Position numbers and translations under genes: made by a program. This document shows positions 17,698 to 26,166 of a stretch of 33,545 nt of DNA, in pieces. Numbering within the stretch: position 1 is the stretch's first letter; the number at the start of each line of letters is the position of its first letter. The DNA comes from Patescibacteria group bacterium (GTDB taxonomy: Bacteria; Patescibacteriota; Minisyncoccia; Phycocordibacterales; Phycocordibacteraceae). Below the pieces are notes generated by a model. It did no database searches. It was not told the origin of the DNA and worked only from the letters and a program-made list of their open reading frames with translations. Location of the stretch: positions 1 through 33,545 of the forward strand of contig JAHJZL010000048.1 of NCBI GenBank assembly GCA_018826405.1. The letters run 5' to 3'.

Positions 17698-19845
17698 ATG
17701 AATCGCGATTATCCCCTAGAGAAAGTGCGCAACTTCGGCATCGTAGCCCACGTTGACGCAGGAAAGACGACGACCTCTGAGCGCGTGCTCTACTACACTG
17801 GCTCCCAGCACAAGATTGGAGAGGTACACGAGGGAGAGACCACCACCGACTGGATGGAACAGGAGCGTGAGCGTGGAATCACGATCACCGCTGCTGCTAT
17901 TACCTGTTTCTGGACTCGCACGAATGAGCCAGACAAAAAAGACCTTGCTAAGAAGTACCGTTTCAATGTGATCGACACGCCAGGACACATTGACTTCACG
18001 GCTGAGGTTAAGCGTTCTATGCGTGTGCTCGATGGAGCAATTGTAGTGTTTGATGGAGTTGCTGGTGTTGAGCCACAGTCTGAGACTAACTGGCGCTACG
18101 CAGACGAAGCTGGAGTGCCTCGCGTGTGTTTCATCAACAAACTAGATCGCACAGGCGCGTCTTTTGAAGACTCATACAAGTCTATTCTCGACCGACTTTC
18201 AAAGAAGGCAGTACGCGCACAGATCCCTATGGGAGCTGAAGGAGATTTTGAAGGTGTTGTAGACCTTCTTTCTATGAAGGCATTCACCTTCGCAGGAGGC
18301 ATGGGAGAGGAGGTTATTGAGGGAGAGGTACCAGAGAAGTACGTAGAAGAAGCGAAGAAGTATCGCGCAGAGTTTATTGAGCGCATCGTTGAGCACGACG
18401 AGGAGCAGATGAACGCGTTCTTTGAAGGAAACGAACCATCTCTTGAGGAGCTTAAGAAGACTCTTCGCAAAGCAGTTATTGCAAACGAAATCTTCCCGGT
18501 ATACACAGGATCTGCTCTTAAGAACAAGGGAGTACAGCTCGTGCTTGATGCCGTTGTTGATTATCTTCCAAGTCCGCTAGATCTTCCTCCTGTTAAGGGA
18601 CTTAATCCAAAGACTGGAGAGGAGATTGAGCGCTCTGCTGACGACGCACAGCCATTCACAGCACTCGCCTTCAAGCTTCAGACTGACCCATTCGTTGGAG
18701 CGCTTACGTTCTTCCGTGTGTACGCAGGAACGGTTGCCGCTGGATCATACGTATACAACTCAAACACAGGAACTAAGGAGCGCGTAGGACGTATTGTGCG
18801 CCTGCAGGCAGACAAGCGTGAGGAAGTGGACAAGGTATTCACTGGAGAGATCGCTGCTATGGTTGGTCTTAAGGACACGAAGACGTCACACACACTCTGT
18901 GACGAAGCAAACCCAATTGTGCTTGAGGAGATTAAGTTCCCTGAGCCAGTGGTGTCCCTTCGTATTGAACCAAAGACAAAGGCAGACCAGGAGAAGATGG
19001 GTATGGCGCTGCGCAAACTTTCTGACGAAGATCCTACCTTCAAGGTAACGACTGATGACGAGACTGCTGAAACTATCATGGCAGGTATGGGTGAGCTGCA
19101 CCTTGAGATTCTCGTTGACCGCATGAAGCGCGAGTTCAATGTTGAGGCTAATGTTGGTAAGCCACAGGTGGCATACCGCGAAACTATCCTCGGTGCTGCT
19201 GATGTAGACAACAAGTACATCAAGCAGACGGGAGGTAAAGGACAGTACGGACACGTGAAGATTAAGATTAAGCACCTTGAGCCTATTGATCCTGAAGCAA
19301 AGATTCCTAAGAACGTAACGCGCGAGGATCACTTCGAGTTCATCAACAACATTAAGGGAGGTGTTATTCCTCAGGAGTACATTGGTCCAGTTGAGAAGGG
19401 TATTCGCGAGGCAATGAACCGCGGTATTCTCGCTGGTTACCAGATGGTTGATGTATCTGTTGATCTCTACGACGGATCATTCCACGAAGTAGACTCTTCA
19501 GAAATCGCCTTCAAGATTGCTGCATCTCAGGCATTCCATGAAGCAGCTCAGAAGGCGAAGCCAGTTATTCTTGAGCCGATTATGAACGTTGAGGTAGTTA
19601 TCCCTGAGCAGTTCATGGGAGACATCACGGGTTCACTTTCAGGAAAGCGCGGAGCTATTGAGGGCATGGAAGATCGCGGCATGAACAAGGCAGTACACGC
19701 TAAGGTGCCGCTTTCAGAAATGTTCGGATACACCACAACGCTTCGCTCTATGACTGAGGGACGTGGGTCTATGACCATGGAGTTTGATCACTACGAAGTA
19801 GTACCAAGCAACGTAGCTCAGGACATTATTGCGAGCAGGAAGTAA
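17698..19845 (+). CDS. fusA: elongation factor G
   Basis: AHVDAGKTT, DTPGH and NKLD, with full-length EF-G domains (715 aa). Confidence 0.97.
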   Translation: MNRDYPLEKVRNFGIVAHVDAGKTTTSERVLYYTGSQHKIGEVHEGETTTDWMEQERERGITITAAAITCFWTRTNEPDKKDLAKKYRFNVIDTPGHIDFTAEVKRSMRVLDGAIVVFDGVAGVEPQSETNWRYADEAGVPRVCFINKLDRTGASFEDSYKSILDRLSKKAVRAQIPMGAEGDFEGVVDLLSMKAFTFAGGMGEEVIEGEVPEKYVEEAKKYRAEFIERIVEHDEEQMNAFFEGNEPSLEELKKTLRKAVIANEIFPVYTGSALKNKGVQLVLDAVVDYLPSPLDLPPVKGLNPKTGEEIERSADDAQPFTALAFKLQTDPFVGALTFFRVYAGTVAAGSYVYNSNTGTKERVGRIVRLQADKREEVDKVFTGEIAAMVGLKDTKTSHTLCDEANPIVLEEIKFPEPVVSLRIEPKTKADQEKMGMALRKLSDEDPTFKVTTDDETAETIMAGMGELHLEILVDRMKREFNVEANVGKPQVAYRETILGAADVDNKYIKQTGGKGQYGHVKIKIKHLEPIDPEAKIPKNVTREDHFEFINNIKGGVIPQEYIGPVEKGIREAMNRGILAGYQMVDVSVDLYDGSFHEVDSSEIAFKIAASQAFHEAAQKAKPVILEPIMNVEVVIPEQFMGDITGSLSGKRGAIEGMEDRGMNKAVHAKVPLSEMFGYTTTLRSMTEGRGSMTMEFDHYEVVPSNVAQDIIASRK

Positions 19846-19863
19846 TTTACTTCTCTTGTACAC

Positions 19864-19893
19864 AAAACCGCCTCATTCTGGGGCGGTTTTGTG
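19864..19893 (+). terminator. intrinsic terminator after fusA
   Basis: AAAACCGCC-TCATTCTGG-GGCGGTTTTGTG. Confidence 0.75.
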
Positions 19894-19907
19894 TTACGTT
19901 TACCTAT

Positions 19908-20537
19908 ATGACTAAACGAACCAAAGTATTCCTTGCTGTTTTCCTAGCTGTAGCGCTTGGCGCATACGCTTATTTGTATTGGTGGGCACATACTCCAGAG
20001 CACGGAGTCTTTGATTCAATCCCTGTTGTACGCGAAGTTTCGGATTCTCTTTCAAAGGGTGTTGTGCGGCCTGCACCTCAGGCTCCAGAAGAAGAAACAG
20101 ACACAGAAGAATCTGAAGAAGTTGGCGATACGCATTCGTATAAGACCTATACCAATACCATTCAGAAGTTCAGTGTGGACTATCCTGAGAATTGGATTCC
20201 AACAGCAACAACAGTTGATGGTGTAGTTACGCTCTGTATAACGGATACGGAGGCAACAGGAGCCTGTATGCTCACCGTTAAGAGCGAGGCCGAGAGTGTG
20301 AATGTGAGTGAAGAGAAAACATACACGGCCTTAAAGGCCGAGTACCGCGCTGGAAAGCTCACCGAGCTTGAGCGAGCTGTTGGGGGAGAAATGGGAAGAT
20401 TGCTGCGTATTTCGGGAGAACCTGCAGCAAGCCGCGTCGTTGTCTTTAGTCACGAAGGGCGCGTGTACACGATAACTGCACTTGAGGGTCAAGAATTTGC
20501 ATTTGATCGAGCAACTGAATCCTTTAAGTTCCAGTAG
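19908..20537 (+). CDS. hypothetical membrane-anchored protein with an acidic linker
   Basis: N-terminal TM VFLAVFLAVALGAYAYLYWW, then APEEETDTEESEEVGD, then a globular domain. No SD, as in the core genes. Confidence 0.6.
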   Translation: MTKRTKVFLAVFLAVALGAYAYLYWWAHTPEHGVFDSIPVVREVSDSLSKGVVRPAPQAPEEETDTEESEEVGDTHSYKTYTNTIQKFSVDYPENWIPTATTVDGVVTLCITDTEATGACMLTVKSEAESVNVSEEKTYTALKAEYRAGKLTELERAVGGEMGRLLRISGEPAASRVVVFSHEGRVYTITALEGQEFAFDRATESFKFQ

Positions 20538-20558
20538 GACTCAAAAGTAGGAGAGGAA

Positions 20559-20587
20559 AGGGTCGGCGAGAGCCGGCTCTTTCTTTG
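20559..20587 (+). terminator. intrinsic terminator with a GAGA tetraloop
   Basis: AGGGTCGGC-GAGA-GCCGGCTCT (two G-U pairs) followed by TTCTTTG. Confidence 0.6.
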
Positions 20588-20804
20588 TGCTTAGATAATA
20601 CCTATATTTTCTTGACCTTTAGTACCTGCTCGGGTACCTTAAGAAGTAACGCGAAATACGGCGCTCTTTTCAATATTCCGCTCCACTTGGAGCCTGGGAT
20701 GGCTGAAAGGCGCTGCGCGGGTTATGCCCAACGCCTTGGTCGCCTGCTTGTCAGGCAGGCGCGGCAGCATGTTATTCAGCTAGCTACCAGTAATTTTAGA
20801 ATGT

Positions 20805-22007
20805 ATGGCAGACGTATTTGATCGCAGCAAGCCGCACATGAACGTGGGTACTATTGGCCACGTTGATCACGGCAAGACGACGCTAACGGCGTCAATTCTT
20901 AATGTGCTTAACCTCAACTCTGACAAGGGCTACAAGGCTCGTGCAGAGAAGGTTGAGAACATCGACAACGCTCCTGAGGAAAAGGCGCGTGGTATTACCA
21001 TTGCACTTCACCACTCGGAGTACGAGAGCCCGAACCGTCACTACGCACACATTGACGCTCCAGGCCACGCCGACTACATCAAGAACATGATTACTGGAGC
21101 CGCCCAGATGGACGGCGCAGTACTCGTAGTTGCCGCGACCGACGGCGCAATGCCGCAGACCCGCGAGCACATCCTCCTTGCTAAGCAGGTTGGTGTGCCT
21201 CGTCTCATCATCTTCCTCAACAAGGTTGATATGGTTGACGATGTTGACATGCTAGACCTCGTTGAAGAGGAGATGCGTGAGCTTCTTACGAAGCAGGGAT
21301 ACGATGGTGCAGCTACTCCAATTATCCGCGGTTCTGGACTCAAGGCTCTTGAGGCTACGAGCGCTGATGACGAGTACGCACTTAAGGTTAAGGAGCTTGT
21401 CGATACTATGGACAGCTACTTCCCACAGCCTGAGCGCGAACTAGACAAGCCATTCCTTATGCCAATTGAGGACATCTTCTCAATTGAAGGACGTGGAACT
21501 GTTATCACTGGACGCATCGAGCGCGGAATCATCAAGGTTGGCGAGGAAATTGAGATCGTTGGTCTCAAGGACACCGTTAAGACTACCGTTACCGGTATCG
21601 AGATGTTCAACAAGCAGCTCCAGGAAGGACAGGCAGGAGACAACGCAGGTATTCTTCTTCGCGGAACTAAGAAGGAGGACGTACACCGCGGACAGGTTCT
21701 ATCAAAGGTTGGTTCTGTAAAGCCACACACTGAGTTTGAGGCTGAGGTATACATCCTCTCCAAGGACGAGGGTGGACGCCACACACCATTCTTCTCAGGC
21801 TACAAGCCACAGTTCTACGTTCGTACAACGGACGTAACTGGAGAGGTAACCCTTCCAGATGGAAAGGAAATGGTTATGCCTGGTGACACTGTTACCTTCA
21901 AGGTAAAGCTCACTGCACCAATCGCACTTGAGGACAACTTCCGTTTCTCAGTACGTGAGGGAGGTAGAACTGTAGGTGCCGGCGTGGTCACGAAGATCAT
22001 CGCGTAA
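20805..22007 (+). CDS. tuf: elongation factor Tu
   Basis: [14 protein letters not shown] and NKVD, 400 aa. Confidence 0.97.
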   Translation: MADVFDRSKPHMNVGTIGHVDHGKTTLTASILNVLNLNSDKGYKARAEKVENIDNAPEEKARGITIALHHSEYESPNRHYAHIDAPGHADYIKNMITGAAQMDGAVLVVAATDGAMPQTREHILLAKQVGVPRLIIFLNKVDMVDDVDMLDLVEEEMRELLTKQGYDGAATPIIRGSGLKALEATSADDEYALKVKELVDTMDSYFPQPERELDKPFLMPIEDIFSIEGRGTVITGRIERGIIKVGEEIEIVGLKDTVKTTVTGIEMFNKQLQEGQAGDNAGILLRGTKKEDVHRGQVLSKVGSVKPHTEFEAEVYILSKDEGGRHTPFFSGYKPQFYVRTTDVTGEVTLPDGKEMVMPGDTVTFKVKLTAPIALEDNFRFSVREGGRTVGAGVVTKIIA

Positions 22008-22030
22008 GTTTCCTGGATTATCTTACTCGT

Positions 22031-22387
22031 ATGGCTACAACCGCAAAGAAGACCGTAAAGAAAGAGGCAGCCCCAGCTGGCGAGCCAAAGCTCCGGATCC
22101 GGGTGCGTGCCTACGAGCACAAAATCCTAGATCTTTCAGTGAAGCAGATTATGGACACCGCTAATCGCTTTGATGCGAAGATCGTTGGCCCAGTTCCGCT
22201 TCCAACTGAGATTAAGCGTTGGACCGTAAACCGCTCAACCTTCGTGCACAAAGATGCACGTGAGCAGTTTGAAATGCGCATCCACAAGCGTCTTATAGAC
22301 ATCATGTCGCCAAACCCAAAGGTTATTGAGGCTCTCACGAATCTCACCCTTCCTTCTGGAGTTACGATTGATGTGAAGATGGTCTAG
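22031..22387 (+). CDS. rpsJ: 30S ribosomal protein S10 with a Lys/Ala-rich N-terminal extension
   Basis: LRIRVRAYEHKILD..VGPVPLPT..FTVNRS-like core, preceded by MATTAKKTVKKEAAPAGEPK. Confidence 0.95.
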   Translation: MATTAKKTVKKEAAPAGEPKLRIRVRAYEHKILDLSVKQIMDTANRFDAKIVGPVPLPTEIKRWTVNRSTFVHKDAREQFEMRIHKRLIDIMSPNPKVIEALTNLTLPSGVTIDVKMV

Positions 22388-22405
22388 TCCCGAGAGGGAA
22401 TAGAA

Positions 22406-22437
22406 GCAAAACCGCCCGAGAGGGCGGTTTTGCTTTA
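22406..22437 (+). terminator. intrinsic terminator after rpsJ
   Basis: GCAAAACCGCCC-GAGA-GGGCGGTTTTGC: a 12-bp perfect stem with a GNRA loop, followed by TTTAGTT. Confidence 0.8.
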
Positions 22438-22450
22438 GTTAAGCCGTATA

Positions 22451-22478
22451 TAAAAACACTCCGATATGATGGAGTGTT
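22451..22478 (-). terminator. terminator of the minus-strand 56-aa ORF
   Basis: On the minus strand: AACACTCC-ATCATATC-GGAGTGTT followed by TTTTAT. It overlaps the stop codon. Confidence 0.6.
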
Positions 22479-22647
22479 AATCAAGAATGATTGGGTTTTG
22501 CATCAGCTGCACAGCTCCTCGGCGCATTGCTCGCTCGATCTCGCGAATGTCTCGAATGCATTCCGCGGATGGTCCGATGCGGAGTTCTGGCAGCTTGTCT
22601 GCGGGAACAGGTTTCAAATCAGAAACCAAAGGTTTTCCGATGGGCAT
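22477..22647 (-). CDS. hypothetical 56-aa protein (SD-bearing)
   Basis: GGAAGGAG lies upstream of ATG 22647. The product is MPIGKPLVSDLKPVPADKLPELRIGPSAECIRDIREIERAMRRGAVQLMQNPIILD. It has its own terminator. Confidence 0.5.
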   Translation of the reverse strand: MPIGKPLVSDLKPVPADKLPELRIGPSAECIRDIREIERAMRRGAVQLMQNPIILD

Positions 22648-22817
22648 GGTTTGTCTCCTTCCTTTAAAATAATAACACTGGAGATTAGTCTTGACTTCTG
22701 TTTTGAATAAAGCAAAGTGACAGGAATTCCTAGCCCTGTGGTTAGGTGGTCCGTTTACGGAATGACGATGTATGTTTCCTGCATCCACTTAGGAAAGCCT
22801 TGAGATGGAGAGGTCGT

Positions 22818-23318
22818 ATGACCGCTCGTAAAATAATTGCTGATGCTGTAGAACTTGCCCCTGCCCTTGAATGGGCATTGGGTAACTATCCGAACCTCGT
22901 GCTCCGCCCCAGTTTCATGTTCCGAATGATGAAGATGTTCGGGGCAATTTATGATGATGAAAACGGAGAAGGCTGGTCCGTCCCCATCATCGGGGGACCT
23001 TCATCGCAACAGATAGAGCATTCTCTATTCGCTGCTTCACCGCAGTACAGGGAGCCGCTCACGTTTAAGGTCTCTGTGGCGGAGGGGTCACTGGATATAT
23101 GCGTCCTTATTGACTGCGTGGACCGTAGTTTCTATGGGGCAGGCACCACTCCTCTGTGGCTGCTTGGCGGGGAACTCGCTTATACAGCAAATAAACGGTG
23201 CTCACCAGAGGATGCGCTCGTGCTCATCACTGGCTACGAGCCACGCCAGCGATCGGGGAACATAATCCTGACGCCGTATGTCACTGCTCTTGTTGAGAAT
23301 GGCAGAGGAAGTATCTAG
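22818..23318 (+). CDS. hypothetical 166-aa protein (SD-bearing), divergent from the 56-aa ORF
   Basis: GGAGAGG lies 4 nt before ATG 22818. A terminator lies at 23331-23356. No family was recognised. Confidence 0.55.
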   Translation: MTARKIIADAVELAPALEWALGNYPNLVLRPSFMFRMMKMFGAIYDDENGEGWSVPIIGGPSSQQIEHSLFAASPQYREPLTFKVSVAEGSLDICVLIDCVDRSFYGAGTTPLWLLGGELAYTANKRCSPEDALVLITGYEPRQRSGNIILTPYVTALVENGRGSI

Positions 23319-23330
23319 GTCTTTGTACTG

Positions 23331-23356
23331 CGGCGGTCTCCGGACCGTCGTTTTTA
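23331..23356 (+). terminator. intrinsic terminator after ORF 22818-23318
   Basis: CGGCGGTC-TCCG-GACCGTCG followed by TTTTT. Confidence 0.65.
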
Positions 23357-23374
23357 ATAGAATCCCACGCCTAT

Positions 23375-23403
23375 TTGCATTCCCCAGCCATACCCTGTAT
23401 AGT
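23375..23403 (+). promoter_or_regulatory. rplC restart promoter TTGCAT-N17-TATAGT
   Basis: -35 at 23375-23380 and -10 at 23398-23403. The hexamers are identical to those of the rpsL promoter. Confidence 0.5.
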
Positions 23404-23409
23404 CCCTAA

Positions 23410-23493
23410 GTCGCAAGAACAACCTTCGGGTTGGTCCAATGGACGGGAAGCCCGCAAGGGCCTAACGCGCTATTGGTAGCGCGCTTTATTTTT
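23410..23493 (+). promoter_or_regulatory. structured 5' leader of rplC (three hairpins, the last terminator-like)
   Basis: AACC-TTCG-GGTT at 23421-23432, GCCC-GCAA-GGGC at 23450-23461, and CGCGCTA-TTGG-TAGCGCG at 23466-23483 followed by CTTTATTTTT and the ATG. Confidence 0.4.
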
Positions 23494-24108
23494 ATGAAAT
23501 TCATCCTTGCCCGCAAAGGCCGCATGACTCAAGTCTTTAACGAGGCTGGAGAAGTATTTGCAGGTACAGTTGTAACTGCAGGTCCTGTTGTTGTTACGCA
23601 GGTAAAGGATGAAAAAGGCGCAGACGGCTATTCAGCCGTACAGGTAGCGTTTGGAGAGCAGAAGGTTCAGCGCCTTGGGAAGGCTGTACTCGGACACACT
23701 AAGGGTGTGGGGTACAAGGTTCTCAAGGAATTCCGCACAAATGCTGGAGATCTTGCTGTTGGTTCACAGATAACTGCAGACACCTTCGCAGAAGGAGATG
23801 TGGTTGTTGTAACATCAACATCTAAGGGACACGGCTTTGCGGGTGTGGTTAAGCGCCATGGTTTCCATGGAGGTCGCCGCTCACACGGACAGAAGCACTC
23901 AGAGCGCGAGCCTGGATCTATTGGAGGAGGAGGTCGTGCTGGAGGTCGCGTTGCTAAAGGCATGCGCATGGGTGGCCGCATGGGTAACGACCGCGTTACT
24001 ATTAAGAATCTTAAGGTTCTTAAGGTTGATGCCGCTACTGGCCAGATGATCATCTCAGGTGCTATTCCTGGCGCTCCAGGAGCACTCGTTGAGATAACCT
24101 CAATGTAA
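23494..24108 (+). CDS. rplC: 50S ribosomal protein L3
   Basis: MKFILARKGRMTQVF.., VTSTSKGHGFAGVVKRHGF and GGRMGNDRVT. Confidence 0.95.
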   Translation: MKFILARKGRMTQVFNEAGEVFAGTVVTAGPVVVTQVKDEKGADGYSAVQVAFGEQKVQRLGKAVLGHTKGVGYKVLKEFRTNAGDLAVGSQITADTFAEGDVVVVTSTSKGHGFAGVVKRHGFHGGRRSHGQKHSEREPGSIGGGGRAGGRVAKGMRMGGRMGNDRVTIKNLKVLKVDAATGQMIISGAIPGAPGALVEITSM

Positions 24109-24118
24109 TTTACGTACT

Positions 24119-24859
24119 ATGGCTACTCCCGCAAAGAAAACCGTCGCCAAGAAGGCACCAGCTAAGAAGACTGCAGCAGCAGTATCTATGGAGGCAACTA
24201 TTTGGAACGCAAAAGGAACAAAGGCTGGAACGGTTCAGCTTCCTGAAGAACTCTTCGGACTCTCTTGGAACTCAGACCTCGTACACCAGGTTGTTGTTGG
24301 TATGCAGGCAAACGCTCGCGCAACAACTGCACACACTAAGTTCCGTGGAGAAGTATCAGGAGGAGGAAAGAAGCCTTGGAAGCAGAAAGGAACTGGACGT
24401 GCGCGTCACGGATCTAACCGCTCTCCAATTTGGAAGGGAGGAGGTGTTACTCACGGTCCACGTGCTGAGAAAGATTACTCAGTTAAGATCAACCGCAAAA
24501 TGCGTGTTGCAGCACTCGCAACCGTGCTTTCTCGCAAGCATCGTGATGGGCAGGTTATCTTCGTTGATAGCTTTGGCATCACTACTCCCTCAACAAAGGA
24601 AGCAAAGGCAATGCTCGTAGCTATTGCAAACGGAGCAGGGGTAGCAGAGCTCGCAACAAAGCGAAAGAATGCAGCGGTCGTCGCATTCGCGAAGAAGGAC
24701 ACAACGAGCGAGAAGTCTTTCCGCAACATTGGCAGCCTAACCCTAGAGGAGGTTCGCAATCTAAATCCGGTGGATTTGGTAAACAAGAAGTATCTTGTTA
24801 TTGAGAACCCAACTGATGCACTTCCTGTGCTTTCAGCGCGCCTCGCTAAGAAGGGCTAA
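24119..24859 (+). CDS. rplD: 50S ribosomal protein L4 with a Lys/Ala-rich N-terminal extension
   Basis: GGGKKPWKQKGTGRARHGS.RSPIWKGGGV core, preceded by MATPAKKTVAKKAPAKKTAAA. Confidence 0.95.
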   Translation: MATPAKKTVAKKAPAKKTAAAVSMEATIWNAKGTKAGTVQLPEELFGLSWNSDLVHQVVVGMQANARATTAHTKFRGEVSGGGKKPWKQKGTGRARHGSNRSPIWKGGGVTHGPRAEKDYSVKINRKMRVAALATVLSRKHRDGQVIFVDSFGITTPSTKEAKAMLVAIANGAGVAELATKRKNAAVVAFAKKDTTSEKSFRNIGSLTLEEVRNLNPVDLVNKKYLVIENPTDALPVLSARLAKKG

Positions 24860-24869
24860 TACAGTATTT

Positions 24870-25247
24870 ATGGCACTCTTTTCATCTGACAAAAAGGAAA
24901 CTAAGGCAAAGAAGACGAAGTCTCAAACTCGTCTCTGGGGTCGCGGCATGCTTGCCGTTGACGACTCTCGTCTTGCAAACGTCCTTAAGCGCCCTTGGTT
25001 CTCTGAGAAGGCACTTATTGGTACTGAGTCTGGCGTATACGCATTTGAAGTTCCTCAGGCAGCCACAAAGGAAGATGTTGCGCAGGCAATTATCAAGTTC
25101 TATGGCGTTACACCAATGAAGGTGCGCATGGTTAATCTTCCTGCAAAGAAGGTATCGCTCCGCACGCGTCGAGGTGTCGGAACTCGCGCACGTCGCCATA
25201 AGGCATACGTCTATCTTAAGAAGGGTGAGAGCATCACCTTCGCATAA
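24870..25247 (+). CDS. rplW: 50S ribosomal protein L23 (N-terminally extended)
   Basis: LKRPWFSEKA, YAFEV and KVRMVN. The ATG at 24870 lies just after the rplD stop. Confidence 0.9.
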   Translation: MALFSSDKKETKAKKTKSQTRLWGRGMLAVDDSRLANVLKRPWFSEKALIGTESGVYAFEVPQAATKEDVAQAIIKFYGVTPMKVRMVNLPAKKVSLRTRRGVGTRARRHKAYVYLKKGESITFA

Positions 25248-25258
25248 CTTAGAGTCCT

Positions 25259-26101
25259 ATGAAGTCTTTTAAACCAACATCAGCAAGTCGCCGCAGCATG
25301 ACCGTTGTCACGTACCGTGGCGTGCTTTCTGGTGACAAACCACACAAGCCACTTCTTTCATACAAGAAGCGCCAAGGCGGACGCAACAATGCAGGACGCA
25401 TCACGACTCGCCATCAGGGAGGAGGACACAAGCGCATGCTTCGCGATGTTGATTTCAAGTACAACAAGTTCGACATCCCTGCTCGCATTGAGACTATTGA
25501 GTACGATCCATACCGCACAGCATTTATTGCACGCACCGTATTCGCAGATGGAGAGCGCCGCTACGTAACCGTCCCTAAGGACATGAAGGTAGGCGACACA
25601 TTCATCGTGTCTGAGAAGGCTCCAATCAAGACTGGAAACCGTCTTCCTCTTGGAAAGATTCCTTCAGGAACATTCATCTACAACGTAGAGCTTCGTCCTG
25701 GTGCAGGAGCGCGTATCGCTCGTTCAGCTGGAAACTACGCTGAGATTGTTGCGCACGATGCTGGCTACGCACAGATCAAGATGCCTTCAAGCGAAGTTCG
25801 CAAGGTTATCGAGTCTGCATGGGCATCAGTTGGAGCTGTTGGAAACGAAGAGCAGCGCCTTCAGAACTATGGAAAGGCTGGAAAGAGTCGTTGGAAGGGT
25901 ATCCGCCCTACTGTTCGCGGAAATGCGATGAACCCAGTTGATCACCCACACGGAGGAGGTGAAGGAAAGCAGGGACGTGGTCTTCGCCGCGCGAAGAGTA
26001 AGTGGGGTAAGCCAACAGGCAAGGGACAGAAGACCCGTACTCCAAAGAAGTACTCAAACAAGTTTATTGTTTCTCGCCGCAAGGTTGGAAAGAAGCGATA
26101 A
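25259..26101 (+). CDS. rplB: 50S ribosomal protein L2
   Basis: GGRNN.GRIT.RHQGGGHKR and NPVDHPHGGGEG. Confidence 0.97.
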   Translation: MKSFKPTSASRRSMTVVTYRGVLSGDKPHKPLLSYKKRQGGRNNAGRITTRHQGGGHKRMLRDVDFKYNKFDIPARIETIEYDPYRTAFIARTVFADGERRYVTVPKDMKVGDTFIVSEKAPIKTGNRLPLGKIPSGTFIYNVELRPGAGARIARSAGNYAEIVAHDAGYAQIKMPSSEVRKVIESAWASVGAVGNEEQRLQNYGKAGKSRWKGIRPTVRGNAMNPVDHPHGGGEGKQGRGLRRAKSKWGKPTGKGQKTRTPKKYSNKFIVSRRKVGKKR

Positions 26102-26109
26102 GAGTAAAG

Positions 26110-26139
26110 AAAGCCCCGCCAGTGCGGGGCTTTCTTTTT
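26110..26139 (+). terminator. intrinsic terminator after rplB
   Basis: AAAGCCCCGC-CAGT-GCGGGGCTTT followed by CTTTTT. Confidence 0.75.
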
Positions 26140-26166
26140 ATAGGTCAGTTTGTATAGTGAACTGAG

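Noticed and set aside
18678-19223. 181-aa antisense ORF (with other antisense ORFs) inside fusA, and similar ones inside tuf, recJ (7500-8168), rpsC and the oxygenase gene
   Set aside because: All are fully nested opposite strongly conserved genes. They are Ser/Arg-rich shadow translations with no start signals.
20588-20804. Possible tRNA gene(s) upstream of tuf, as found in many bacteria
   Set aside because: I found no GTTCRANYC T-loop, no cloverleaf and no matching acceptor-stem ends.
20585-20821. 78-aa plus-strand ORF upstream of and overlapping the tuf start
   Set aside because: It has a GTG-type start with no SD and a low-complexity Arg/Leu product, and it overlaps the tuf ATG out of frame. 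I treat the region as a leader or ncRNA candidate instead.
22746-22817. N-terminal extension of the 166-aa ORF back to 22746
   Set aside because: The extension has no start context. The internal ATG 22818 has GGAGAGG 4 nt upstream.
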